The notes under the pieces were generated by a model that saw only the letters and a program-made list of their open reading frames with translations, had not been told where the DNA came from and made no database searches. From positions 1 to 64,000 of the forward strand of contig QPGO01000181.1 of NCBI GenBank assembly GCA_008632985.1: 64,000 nucleotides of DNA, in the 5' to 3' direction. This DNA comes from Psammoneis japonica. Its lineage: Eukaryota. This document shows, piece after piece, positions 49,437-61,100 of this stretch. How positions within the stretch are numbered: the first letter of the stretch is position 1; each line of letters begins with the position of its first letter. A program made the position numbers and the translations under genes.

Positions 49437-52400
49437 CACTGAGAGATGCAAACTGTTGCAGGAAGTTGATCAGGGTTTGGTGCAACCCTCATTCAAAAAA
49501 ACTCAAATGGGCACAAGCCACAGCACCTCAGGCATGGCAGGCAGCCCATTTAAGTTTTTTGCCAGAGTTGTGTTGTCGCGACTATAACATGAGTCGCCGA
49601 CTCTAAGCTCTGGTGACAGCAGCTCAGATGTGCATCCTGAGACTGCATGTCCTTCTGGTTCATTGAGACAAGTTCTCATTGGGGCGTCTCTCATGTTCTG
49701 TGGTCGCGAATGAGCGATTGCCAATCAGTCGAATCCAGAGTGCCAAGCATCATTGTGCAAACTTCGGATTGAAGCTTGTGGCATGCCTTTTGGGTGACAT
49801 TCCCTGTGGAAGAACAGGTCTGAGCTTGGGTTTGCAATGGAGGTGGAGTCTGGTTGCTTGCAGGGGTGTTCATCGGTCATCCGCTCTGCAGCTTCCATAA
49901 ACAAAATTCTCTGTGGCATTGATGCAGTCACATCTGTTAGAATTTTGCATCCAATGTTGATGAAAAACATGGATGACGCTCTTCAATGCTCCAGGTGGGT
50001 GGGCAGAGCTGGAAGGTGTGTGCAGAAACAGGTTCATTGGTTTTTGACATGTCTTGGCAACGATGCATCCATCTTCTCCAATTTTTATCTCCAGATCCAG
50101 GAACACTGAAGAAGTAGAAAGTGGGGAGGTTGCTGTTTTGAGGGGTCCTGAGTTGTCAAGCTCAGCCAGTTTTAAAGTTCTCCCAGGTCTCTCCAGTGTT
50201 TCCGGTCCATGCTCCGAGCATGTCATTGATGAAACATCCGCAGCATGGGAGGTTTGACTTGAACCGAGTCATGACAGCTTGCCAGTCATGCAACGCTTCA
50301 CACAGGGTGGTGTGCCATGCACACAGGCGGTGCTCGTTCCCATGGCAATGCCTGTTTTTTGCAGCTGGAAGGTGTCATCGAATTGCATGATGTTACAAGT
50401 CATGACTGTCTCCAGAGATTCCAGAAAAATTGCTTTGGGAAGGCTTCTGGTGTTTCATTGGGGCATTCTGAAAACCAGGTTTTAAATGCTTGGAGTGCAT
50501 GGCATGTGTCGATGTTGGCAATCATGCCCACTGCATTGACTGCAAACAGTCGTGCTTTGGGGCCAGCTTTTTTAAGGCTTGCAGGTGGGCAAGAACTTGG
50601 CATGAGTCTTGGACAAATGAACAAGAGAGGGTGAGCAGCTTTTTCATTTGCTTGTCCAGCCAAGTCAAGAACATTTCATTGAAACTGCCGATGCAACTGA
50701 CCATTGGTCTTGTTCTCCAGGGTGAGTTGTGGATTTTTTGGTGACACAAAACTGTGGGATGTGGTGAGGCAGCTTGAAGCTTCTGGCAAAGTAAGTGCGT
50801 TTTGTGTCACTTAGGGCATCTTTTGCTTTTTTGCATGCTGTCACCAGTTTCCTTTTTGTGTCGCTCAGGAGTCGGTCTTTTTGGTCTGGTGCCAGGCATT
50901 GGCAGTTTTTGGTGTTCAGCAGGTGGTCCATCAGGGCTCTTGAAATGTGCACCTTTCGTTCGAGTGTCACGGGCCCAAGGTTTTTATCACTCAGGCACAC
51001 TGTAAATCTCCTGTCCACCTTTAAGGCTTTTAGGAGGTAGAATTGAAATGGAGTCAGGTTGCAGCATCTTGGGCCAGCCCCTGGTTGGTGGCTCATGCAC
51101 TCAATGCGGTCCGCAAAGTCCATCGTGTGGAGTTCAAGGTTGCCTTGTTTGATTCTTGGTGGATCCCAACTTGCCTTAACCTGCAGTCCAGGGATGCATT
51201 CATCACCAAGGGATTTTTTGTCCATGCTCGAGAGGAAATTTCTAAGGCGGATTGCTTGGCAAAGCTGTTCAACAGCATGCTTTCTGTGTGTGCTCAGTTT
51301 TGGCTTCTTGACACAGAACTTGTGTCCAAGGCCTGGTGACATGGCTGGCCATGTGGTGGTGCACAAGTCATGGCAGGCCAGGTCTTTCAGTCAGTTGAAG
51401 CAGTTGGTTGCTCTTTGGTTTCCGAGTGCTGCCGCAGCATTCTGCCAGGGATTCAAGTTGGGGTTTGGCACAAAACCGAATGTGTGCATGCAACAGTTGT
51501 CAGCACTGACTTCAGCAGTTGTGAGTTGCTGTTGGGAAATCTGATGGGTCAGCTTCGCTTGCCTTGTGTTTTCTTGTTTCTTGAGGCACTTCACCAGCTG
51601 GTGCACTGTGCACCTTGATTCCGTCCTTTTCCGTTTCCTTGGCACTTTTTTCTTTTGTCTTGAGGAGCGTTGCATCTTCCTTTTCTTTGTTTCTTGCTTG
51701 GCAGAACATTGTCTTTTTGTTTTCCAGCACATTTCCTTTCCAGAGTGCTTTTTTGTGCTGCCGGTGGGGCTTTCCAGTGGCCCTGTCCATTTTTTCCTTG
51801 TTCCTGCTTTGTTACCTTTTCTTCTTGTCCTGCCTTTTTTGTTTGCTGTCCCCTCTTGTGCTGCCTGCATTGGGAGGGGTGGCGCTGCAGTTGGTTCATT
51901 TGCCAGGGCTGCGGCCGTCACTTCTGCAGCCTCCCTTTTCTTGTGAGAGTTCCACATTGCAGTGACTCTAGCAGCATTGGCTTGTGCAGCATCCTGTTCA
52001 TAATTGATTTGCTGCTGTGAACAGAGTGTCACTCGTTCAAAGGCATTGCACTTGGATTGCTTGCTAAATCTTAGCATCAAGATTGCACTCTCAATTGCAT
52101 TGATTTCTTGCATGGACAGCTCTTCTTCTTCTTCTTCTTCTTCTTGGGATTGAGAGGGTTGTGTCCAGGGAGGAGCAGTGGCAATGGTTGCGGCATTGGG
52201 TTGTGTCACATTTTGGTTGCCGGCAGCAGCATCGGCTGGGGGGTGTGTGCCGCAGTTTTTGGCTGCATCAGCTTCGGCTGCTTGGGTTGCTTCTGTGGCA
52301 GGGGAGCTTGCCTCTGCATGCTCTTTGTGGGTGAGTGAGGGTGCGCAGGCATCTTCTTTAAGGTGGAGTTGCCTTTTCACTTCCTTCATCACCACATGTT

Positions 52401-53156
52401 TGTGCATGTTAAGGTGGATGATGCAGAAGATCTCAAAGGACACTGCATTCTCCAGGCAATGCATGAGTCCACATCCTGCAAGGCGATGATGGGGCATTTT
52501 CATTTTGCCTTTTCCTTGCTCCATGTGGCAGTGCAAGCAGAGTTCAAAGATGTCCAAGCTTGCCCTTGTGAAGGCAGAGGTGCATTCCACTTTTGCTGTG
52601 GCAAACTCCAGCTCCGCCATTTGGTGCATCAGCTTTGTGCCTTTTTCTTGGAATTCAACAATTGCCTCTTTGGATTCATTGACAAGCCTTTTTGCTTTGA
52701 CATCATCATCAAGCTTGTCACTGTGTTGCAGCCCTGGCTTTAGGCGCAGGCTGCATGGGATGAATGGGGGGTCCTGTGTGCCTGTGAAGGCTTTCAGGGT
52801 GTTCCCTTGGGCATGCACTTTTGCGCTTTGCTCCATCATGCAAAGCATGAGGCTTTTCATGGGTTCCCAAAGTCCTGTTGGCTGCGTCTGAATCACTGCC
52901 CAGCAAAACTTGAGCATGGCTTTCTCCTTTTGCTCAGCTGCTTGTAGAGTGGGCCCCAGATTTTTTGACCTGGCTGGGTCATCGCCAGCAAAGGATGCTG
53001 TGCACATTGCTGCATTGGTGTTTCTGGCTTTTTCCTGAGTTGTCAGGCAGGTTGGACACTCTGGTGTCAATCATTGTTCTTTGGTTTCACACTGCATTTG
53101 GATTCTCTAATGTGCTGGGCACCTTTAGCACCAAAAAAAAGACTTCCATTTGGTCT

Positions 53157-53218
53157 TGCCCAACCTGCAAAGCGCAAAAATGTGAACTTTTGCTTTCACT
53201 TCATCAGTGTGGTTGGCA
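53157..53218 (-). ncRNA. Second degenerate hammerhead-like motif, right pseudo-LTR
   Basis: Minus strand TGCCAACCACA-CTGATGA-AGTGAAAGC-AAAA(GAAA mutated)-...GCGCTT-T-GCAGGTTGGGCA. Confidence 0.5.
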
Positions 53219-53533
53219 TTTTTCTGGTGAGCTAAAAAAATTGAGATTGGCAATGTTTCAACTGCTGAGGTTGCAGCTGACCTCACTTGCCATTAAAAAA
53301 TGCTGACCTCACTTGCCATTAAAAAATAAACAGACCACCAGGAATGTGCCGGTGCATGCCATGCATGCACAGTCTTGGCCTCAAAACTCCAGTGGAGAAA
53401 GAAACGGGCATTGCATTCTCAGATGATGGTCTGAGCTGTGACAAAGACTGAGAGATGCAAACTGTTGCAGTGAGTTGATTGGGGCTCAGTGCAACCCTGA
53501 TTTTAAAAAAAACTCAAATGGATGCAACCTCAC

Positions 53534-54247
53534 CATGGATTGCACATGAGCTGCAACAGCCACGGAATGGGATCTTGATGAGTGCTTGGATTCCTTGGAC
53601 GATGACAACTTGTTCGGCAAGCATGCACCTTTTGACTCCTTTAGACATGTCACTCAAGTGGTCCAAGGCTCTTTCACTGAGTCTGAGCTGGAGGCATTGC
53701 ATCAGGTTGTCAAATGAACGATGGAAGCCACGACACAATTGCCAAAGTCTTGCTTCCACGCACCCCTTCAGCAACACTGCAAAGCATGGTGTCCCCAATT
53801 GAATCCAGTGTGCCTTGAGGAAATGGTGGCAACTGACACTTTCTTTGCCAGCATCAAGAGTCTCTCTGGATGCACTTGTGGACAAGTTTGTTGGGGCATC
53901 TCATCACACATGATCAACTTTTACCCAATGAAAACTGAGCCCGAGTTCCCATCTGCATGTCAGGCCTTCACATGTGAGAAAGGCGCTCTGCGGATCCCAC
54001 ATTGCAACAATGCCAAGGTGCAGAGATCCAAGGTTGTCATGAACCTGAATGGCAAGTTCATCATTGGCAACCAGTTCACTAAACTGCATTGTCCACAGCA
54101 GAATCCCACAGAGCTGTGCACTGTCAAGTGCCTGAAAAGACACACTCCCAAACTGTCATGGACAGGACCAATGCTCCAAGCATCATGTGGCCCGAATTGC
54201 ATTTAGATTCTCTAATGTGCTGGGCACCTTTGGCACTGACAACAAGA
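53534..54247 (+). repeat. Direct duplicate of 47189-47928 (copia integrase segment plus first ~50 bp of the pseudo-LTR)
   Basis: Runs from CATGGATTGCACATGAGCTGCAACAG to CACTGACAACAAGAC at both sites, with high visible identity. Confidence 0.9.
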
Positions 54248-56039
54248 CAGGAGTGTCCAAAAAGTGTCCACATCTTGGTTGTAATTTGAGCTGTGAACTG
54301 CACAGGACAACAATTTTGGATGCCCAAACTCAAGGTTGGGGGAACAAAAACACATTGAAGTGCACACATGGAATCACAGGCAATTTTTGCTGCTGACGGA
54401 TTGAGCAATTTTGAGAGCTTGTCTGGACTTCGACTGGACTACAAGGTCAAATGTGTGGTTGCTCTGTGCAACATGGTTGACCTTTCTTGCCTGCAAAGTC
54501 TCTTTGCTGCAAAGAAATCAAGGAATGTTGTTTTTTCTGTGCAGCCTCAATGTTCGCAACATGACAACACCACGATGCTCCACCCCACCAAGCACACCTC
54601 AACTTTTTGCATCACAAATTGCTTGCCCACACATGCAGTGGGTGCAGTTTCTTGCACATCATCACCAGCTGCTTTTTTGGCATTATCCTGGTGTGCCTCC
54701 ATTGCTTGTGAGAGGGCCAACCCCTCATCCAACAAGCAAGTTGCTCTCCTTCACAGCCTTGTCATGTTGTGGTGCAGGTTGATCTTTTCTCCAACAACAG
54801 TGCATGAATTCTAGCAGAGGGGTCAGTCAGATGTGGCTTGGATTTGTGCACAGGTCTTTAAGAGAACAGCAGCACTGCGCAAACTTCATGGGGAGTGTGT
54901 GCACAAGATGTTAAGACTGGGTCAAGCTACACGGCAAGGGCAAGGATGCTGCGACAGGAGGAGTCACAGCTCCAGGTCCTTTTTTGCTCACTTTGTCAGA
55001 GCTGCGGTGAATGGCAGCACAATGGTTTTGACACAGCATGAAGAGAGAATGAAGCCTTGCCTGTGACCATTCATTGTTGTCCAGAACTGCTCAGGTGTCA
55101 GCAACAGAAAGAGTGCTGGGTTCTGCGCATGTGTGTGTGGCACCACACCAACTGGAAAAATCATGAATCATTGCAAAGAATTGCTGTAGTTGAACCAGCA
55201 TCACACTTGTGAATTCTTTTGTTTTTGACATGTGCAGTGGGTGTTGAACAGTGCAGTCATGCTCATTCAAGACAAAACAGCATGGGGATGCCCTCCCAGC
55301 ACTGGTTGACTGTGTGGACCCATTGCCATGGCACCTGGATGGCATCCAGTTTTCTGCCATTTACCCAAGGTGTGTCTCACACCCCAATTTGGCCCTGGCT
55401 CAGGCACTGCTTGTTTGTGTCTTGCATCGCAGGAGACATGGCAGCAGAACTGGCTCAAGCTTCAGCATTGGTCAGTGGTGCATGGCAGATGTGTGGCACA
55501 TTGGTGACATCAATGCAGGGGCTTGTTTAGTGTTCCATGCTGGATTTGCAATTCTGGCAAATGTTTCAGTTGTAAAAAGCAACTTGGATGTTGAAGAAAT
55601 GGCCAACAGAACAGGGCAGTGCATGGCAGCAGATAGAAGGGTTGTTCTTGGTGGCACCTGGTGCCACCCAGATTAAGAACTTGCAGCCACTTGCATGGCA
55701 GCTGCATGGTTGTCAGAAGCACAATTTGCTGTCAGAAACAGCAGCATTCCCTCAGGCTGTGATGGACATGGCATGAGAGAGGAAGCACACAGAAAAGAAC
55801 AGGGTTGAATTGGATGTGGCAGTCAGTGGCATGCCAGCATTCAAGGCTGAGGATCATGATGTGTGATGGAAGATGCATTCTTGGGTCTCTTGGCACAGAA
55901 GATTGGCATGCCCAAGGTGCATTTCTGATGCACAGTTGGACCAACAGCAGTTCTGGCAGCATTTGCAGATGCCAAAGAGGAAAGGATGCATGAATTGAGT
56001 GTGAACAGAGAGGCTTGTGATGCTGACAATCACACTTTT

Positions 56040-58152
56040 GTTGTCTGTTGAAAGAGTGCTTGGTCAACATGGAATGATGGACTTGGATTGAAAGTTGTGA
56101 CAACATGGAGAACAGGAGAGATGCACTCTGAGCTTGGGTCAATCATCACAATGGCCAGGGCAAGCTGAGCAAGCATGTGCAACTCGTGTTGGCAAACATC
56201 AGGATGTCACATCATGAGAATGAACACAACACTTGTCATTTGAGCAGTGATGAGGATGAGCATGAGACAGAATGGCAGAAAGTGGAAATCCTGCCAAATG
56301 GGATCAAGATGGATGATGTCTAACTCTGCAGGCTTGTGCACCCATCATCAGTTGGCAGCGTCCCTGCAACTTTGCCAACTCTTGTGCATTCTTCTTTGCA
56401 GAAGTTTCCCATTTGCATGGACCAGCTCAGTTGGAGCAACAGCATCACTCAGAGTGCAAGATCTCAGAAGCACATTGCATTGGTGGACCAGGCAGAGGTT
56501 TTGCCAGAGGTGATGGCTACAATCCTCAAGGTGGCGGAGGCCATTGAAGGGGCCATCATGGCAGTCATCAAGAATGGAATCAAAGATGTGGTGCTGTGAT
56601 CAACAGCACAGATGTCAGCAACCCAACTCATGCATTTTCTGAAGATGAGTGGCACAGGTTAAATTTCAGTGGTGGCCAAGCTTGTGTCATGCAAGCTTGG
56701 GAGGGTGTGAACACACACAGCCAAGGAAATGGTCATGGCATGCCCAACCAGCATGGCAATCAAGGAAGTCCCGGTGGTCAGCAGGTGGCAGCTGCATCCC
56801 AGACTGTCAGTGACACAGTGGACCAAAAACAGCTGGTGACATGCAGCAGTGACAGTGGACGCGGCAGAGGACTTTGTGCACATTTTGGCACTGTTGATGT
56901 CATTGTTGCTGCTGCCATCTCAACCCCACTCACACAACAATTAAGTGAAAAGTCACAAGGTCTCTCAACATGATGCATGTCTCGAGTGACATGGCACCAG
57001 GTCATGTGTCCCAAAACACATGGCACTTGTTGTGCAGGAGCAAATTGGAAGCTTGTGGAGCCAATGAGTGAAGCATGTGAAGCAAGTCTGTTTCTTGAAT
57101 TGCATGGTCATGTTAAAGAAATTCCAGTTGTGCGACACTGTGCAGTGTGGACAGACCCAAATGCTGCAAGTGAACACTTGCTGGTTGGTGATCAGAGGTT
57201 GTGGTTTGGACAATGAATGGCACATTCCCTTGCCAACCTGAGTCAGTTGCGAGTGCACAATGTCCCATTCAATGATGACCCTCACAATTCTCAAGACAAG
57301 TTTGGCATTTCCATGGATGAAGGATGAAGTGTTTGTCCTTTCTTTTGTTGGTGTCTTTCAAATCTCATGCACCCACCAAATGGGAAGAGAAGAACTTGCT
57401 GGTGATTGTGCTTGCAAGTGACACTTAGAATCCATCAGAGGTTGATGTGGGTTTTCCAAACAAGACTCATGAGCAGCAGGAGATGTGTGCCATTCAATCA
57501 TTGACATTGCACATGCAAAAGTTGGAGGCATCAGAAATGCAGTCCAAAAGAGTAAAGTCAATGGCACTCAAATGGGGTGAAGTCAAAGAGACCATGGCAA
57601 GCATGTCACCAGTTCATCATTTCCAAACCTTTTGTAACTGCATGATCGCATTTGTGACATTTGTGTGCACTTGCAGGGAAGATGTGGATGTGCACAAAAG
57701 ACAGACATTGGAGCTCTGGTCTGAGGACAGGCACTCCAAGATGACAGCTGATGAGTTGGCAATGAAATGCAGTGTTGGACTGGAAATGGCAAAGGACACA
57801 ATGTCACAACTCAACAAGGTGTGCAAACAGCAACTCAACCACTGTCAAGATGAGTGGGAATGGATTGTCTGAATTTGCACAGAAAAAGACCAAAGGGGAT
57901 GTGGTTTGTAGATGCCCTCTTTTCAAAAGTTAAGTCTGCACTCTTGGTGACACTTGTGTGAATGCGCATGTGCTCAAGGCAAGTTTGTCAAGGTCATCCT
58001 GATGATGGCCAGGTCAGAAGCTGGGAGATTGTTGGCAGAGTTCATGGACAATGCAGGAGCACCAGAAATCTTGTTGACAGATGGAGCCAGAGAGTTCACT
58101 AGAAAAAGCATGGAATTTGTTGGGCATGCAAGGTGAGTGCATGTGCAACTTC
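56040..58152 (+). mobile_element. Decayed Ty1/copia element, gag-protease-integrase, cut by Plavaka-like copy 2
   Basis: gag WTWIES; protease region THGTCCAGANW...LWFG...HSL; integrase RHSKMTADELA...AGRLLAEFMDNAGAPEILLTDGAREF. Confidence 0.75.
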
Positions 58153-61100
58153 ATCAGAGGCCTGTTTCCATGAATTGTCTTGTGGTCGGACCAACGGACA
58201 ATGTTGCAGACAGCATGTGTGAGTGTCTGCACACAAATTTATTTATGATGAATCATTGCCATTTAACACAAATCACACACCCATTTGCCACAAATGAGTG
58301 TGATTAAAAACAAACAAATGTCCATGTAAACCAATGAATGTCTGGAGACATCAACGAACAGTCATCAATCCCAACAAGTGAGCTGCAGTTCAATCAGTTT
58401 ACGATGCCAATCAAGTTGCTTTGTGGGATTTCACTTGGCATGTTGTTGCCAACTGGGTGACAACTGAATGCAGTGTTGGGATTTGTTTTCAATCCTCACA
58501 GTCAAAGTCAATTGGTTGACTTGCATGTTCAAACAATCGTTTCCATTCTCCCATCCATTCATTGCATGTTGCTGCCACTGATTTAATCTCAACCAAACCA
58601 CCACCAACTCCAGTTCATAGATTTTGGCACAGTTGACCTGGTGGTCATCTTCATCATCCAAGCCTTCTTGTGCTTCTTGTGCCCCCATTGATCTTGCTCA
58701 GTTGCAATGGCTCTGCAGAGCTCTTCCCACTGGCCGAGGCATCTGCTTGCAACATCTTGCTTGATCTCCATGACCATGTCAACAAAAAATTTGTTAGCCT
58801 TTGGCAACCACCCTTTGCTCTTCCTTGGTGTGTTGTGCTTCCTTAGTCCTGTGCCTCCATCTGTGTCTTTTGGCTTCCCCGCCGTGAAATGATTGAGCAT
58901 CCTGACAACCTTTCTCTTCTTGCTTGATGCATCCGCATCATTTTGGATGTCAACAAGCACTTTTGTTGCCTTGGTCAGAGCTGTGACTCATGCTGCAGTC
59001 TTTGGCTCATCTCTGATCTTCTTGACCATCGCATCCTGTTTTGTGATGGACTCTTCCCTTGTGTCCTTGAACTTCTGTTTCAGTTCTTGCACAGACACAC
59101 CTTCCTCCGATGGCTCTTGTGGATCTCTGGAGCAGCACAAACATGCTCTTGTCCTGGTTGTCCTTCTCCTCAGCTGTTGCGAGGTCTGGCATGATGGTCT
59201 CCCACAAGTCGTTGCTTCCCTCTTGGTCCATGGGGCCTCCATCATCAACCAAATCCATGTCGTAATCCAACATCAAAGTCCCATCCTTGTTGCTGCTCTT
59301 GCAGTTGGCATGCCATGCATCACAGTTGTTCTTGAGGAGCAGCATGTGGGCAAATGCCTTGGCGCATGCTGTGCTCATCCTCTTGTCCTTGGAAATGCAC
59401 TCTTTCCAGCATGTGTCTCCGACAATCAAATGCAGCATGCAGTCACAGAACACTGTCTGCAAAGCTGGGTTTTGTTGTTGCAGTGTGCACAAAGAGCTTC
59501 ACATGTTGCAGGGAAAGCAAGCAACAACACTGTCAGCAGTTTCAATGGCTGCTCTCATTGCACCCTCTGTTTGCACTCACTGTAGAACTTGTCTTGCTCT
59601 GCCTGGCATGCATTTGACCTCTTAATTGCTGGCCACTCCTGATGCATCTTTGTTTGTTTCATGGTTGGACACAGTGGGTGGTGCAGGTGTGTTTTTTGCT
59701 CTGGCTCAGGTGGTTCCTGCAGCATCTTGTTCGTCATCTTGGGGGTGCAATTGTGTTCATAATCTCTGCAGAGCATGTTCTCTCACCTTCGCCATGTCCT
59801 GCATGACCTTGGCATGATCCACCATCCATTCGGTTGAGCTCATCTGCCACTCCACAATGACCATTGTCCTCCACTGTTGCTGTGGTGATTTTTCTGGTGT
59901 GTGCTGAAGCACACTGAAGCAAAGTGATGGATGTGGTTGAGTCTTGCAGATGATGTGCATTTGACAGTTGTCTTTTTCCCTTCTGCATGTTTTTTTACTT
60001 GCCTGAAAAGGGTCTTTCCTGCACATTTTTTTATTTGGCTGTACATCTGCATTTGAATTTAAACAGATCCTCCCTCCAATTCAAAACTTTGCATCTTCAA
60101 TGTCTGAACATGTGTGTGCCATGATGTTCAATGTCTCTTTGTGGCCAACTCTCTAACAGCCATTGCCATCATGCCAGTCCAGTCTCATTCAAAAATCAGC
60201 TGAGTCTCCACTCAACAATGTGATTCAAAAATCAATCCAACACCTGCACGCCAATGAATGGTTGTGAACAAGCATCAAATTATTTCATCCTGCTTCCACA
60301 GCCTTCCATTTCCAATTGGACTCTTTGCTCAGCATGACTTTTTGCCACTGTCACTGCTGACCCCGGCAAAATGTAGCCTGTCCCAGTGTGTCTGCCACAA
60401 CTCAATTGAGCCAGTTGTCGCAAGCTGCCATTTTTGTTTTCCAAGAACAGCAAATTGCTTGTCTGTCATCCACAGCTGCTTCTGAGAAAGACAAATCAGC
60501 AAATCCCAGCACAGACTTCAACGGAGATGATGACTCACCCAGTTTTCCACCTTCAGAAGACCCAGAGCCCACACCCCCCTCCCAACAAAGAAGCAGAGGA
60601 GATGGAGGAGGAAGAGGAGGAGGACAAATGTGATGATGATTCCTCTTGCTGCAAAATGTTCCCTGGCACTCTTGCTGCTTCTTTGTCCTCTCCCCCGGAT
60701 GAGACATCTGAAGAATCTACCCTGCCCCTGGATCCACCCACCGCACCTCCCACCACTGCCAACTCAGATCTCTTGCACAAGGAGGCACCTGATCCACCAA
60801 CCTTTTCACTGGCGGAAGAAGCTTCGTTGGAGCTGATTGTGCTGTGTGACAATTCCAGCACTGCCCATCAATTTTACAGGCAGTTGCTTGCCCTGTCACG
60901 ATGATTTCACAAGAAGCGGAAATTTGATTGTTCCCAGTGTCTTGGGCAGGACTTGTTGGTGAAGAAATTCTGCAAGAAGGTTTTCCTGCCCCAGCCTGAC
61001 ACTTGCATTGTTGGTGGATGGGAAGTCACTTGCTTCCACCTGCAAGACATGTTGAGAGATTTGCTTGCCCACACTTGATGTTTGATGATGAGCACAATCT

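Larger units (their letters stand above)
47877..53520 (-). mobile_element. Penelope-like retroelement, apparently endonuclease-deficient, between direct pseudo-LTRs
   Basis: ORF chain 53070-49600: GLGHKFC, SDKNLGP, PQFCVT/KIHNSPWRTRPMVS, LFAVNAVGMIANID, GIAMGT, FLDLEI...TCQKPMNLFLHTPSSSAHPPG, ending AHSRPQNMRD with no GIY-YIG seen. Repeats 47877-48207 plus 49437-49510 match 53093-53520. Confidence 0.85.

Noticed and set aside
54250..56040. Possible further transposase or recombinase remnant
   Set aside because: Converted repeat-like composition, but no motif I could assign to a family.
30260..58150. Hundreds of 60-250 aa Cys/His-rich ORFs as zinc-finger or metal-binding proteins
   Set aside because: They are by-products of TG/CA enrichment and loss of TAA/TAG stops in decayed transposons, and they overlap in all frames.
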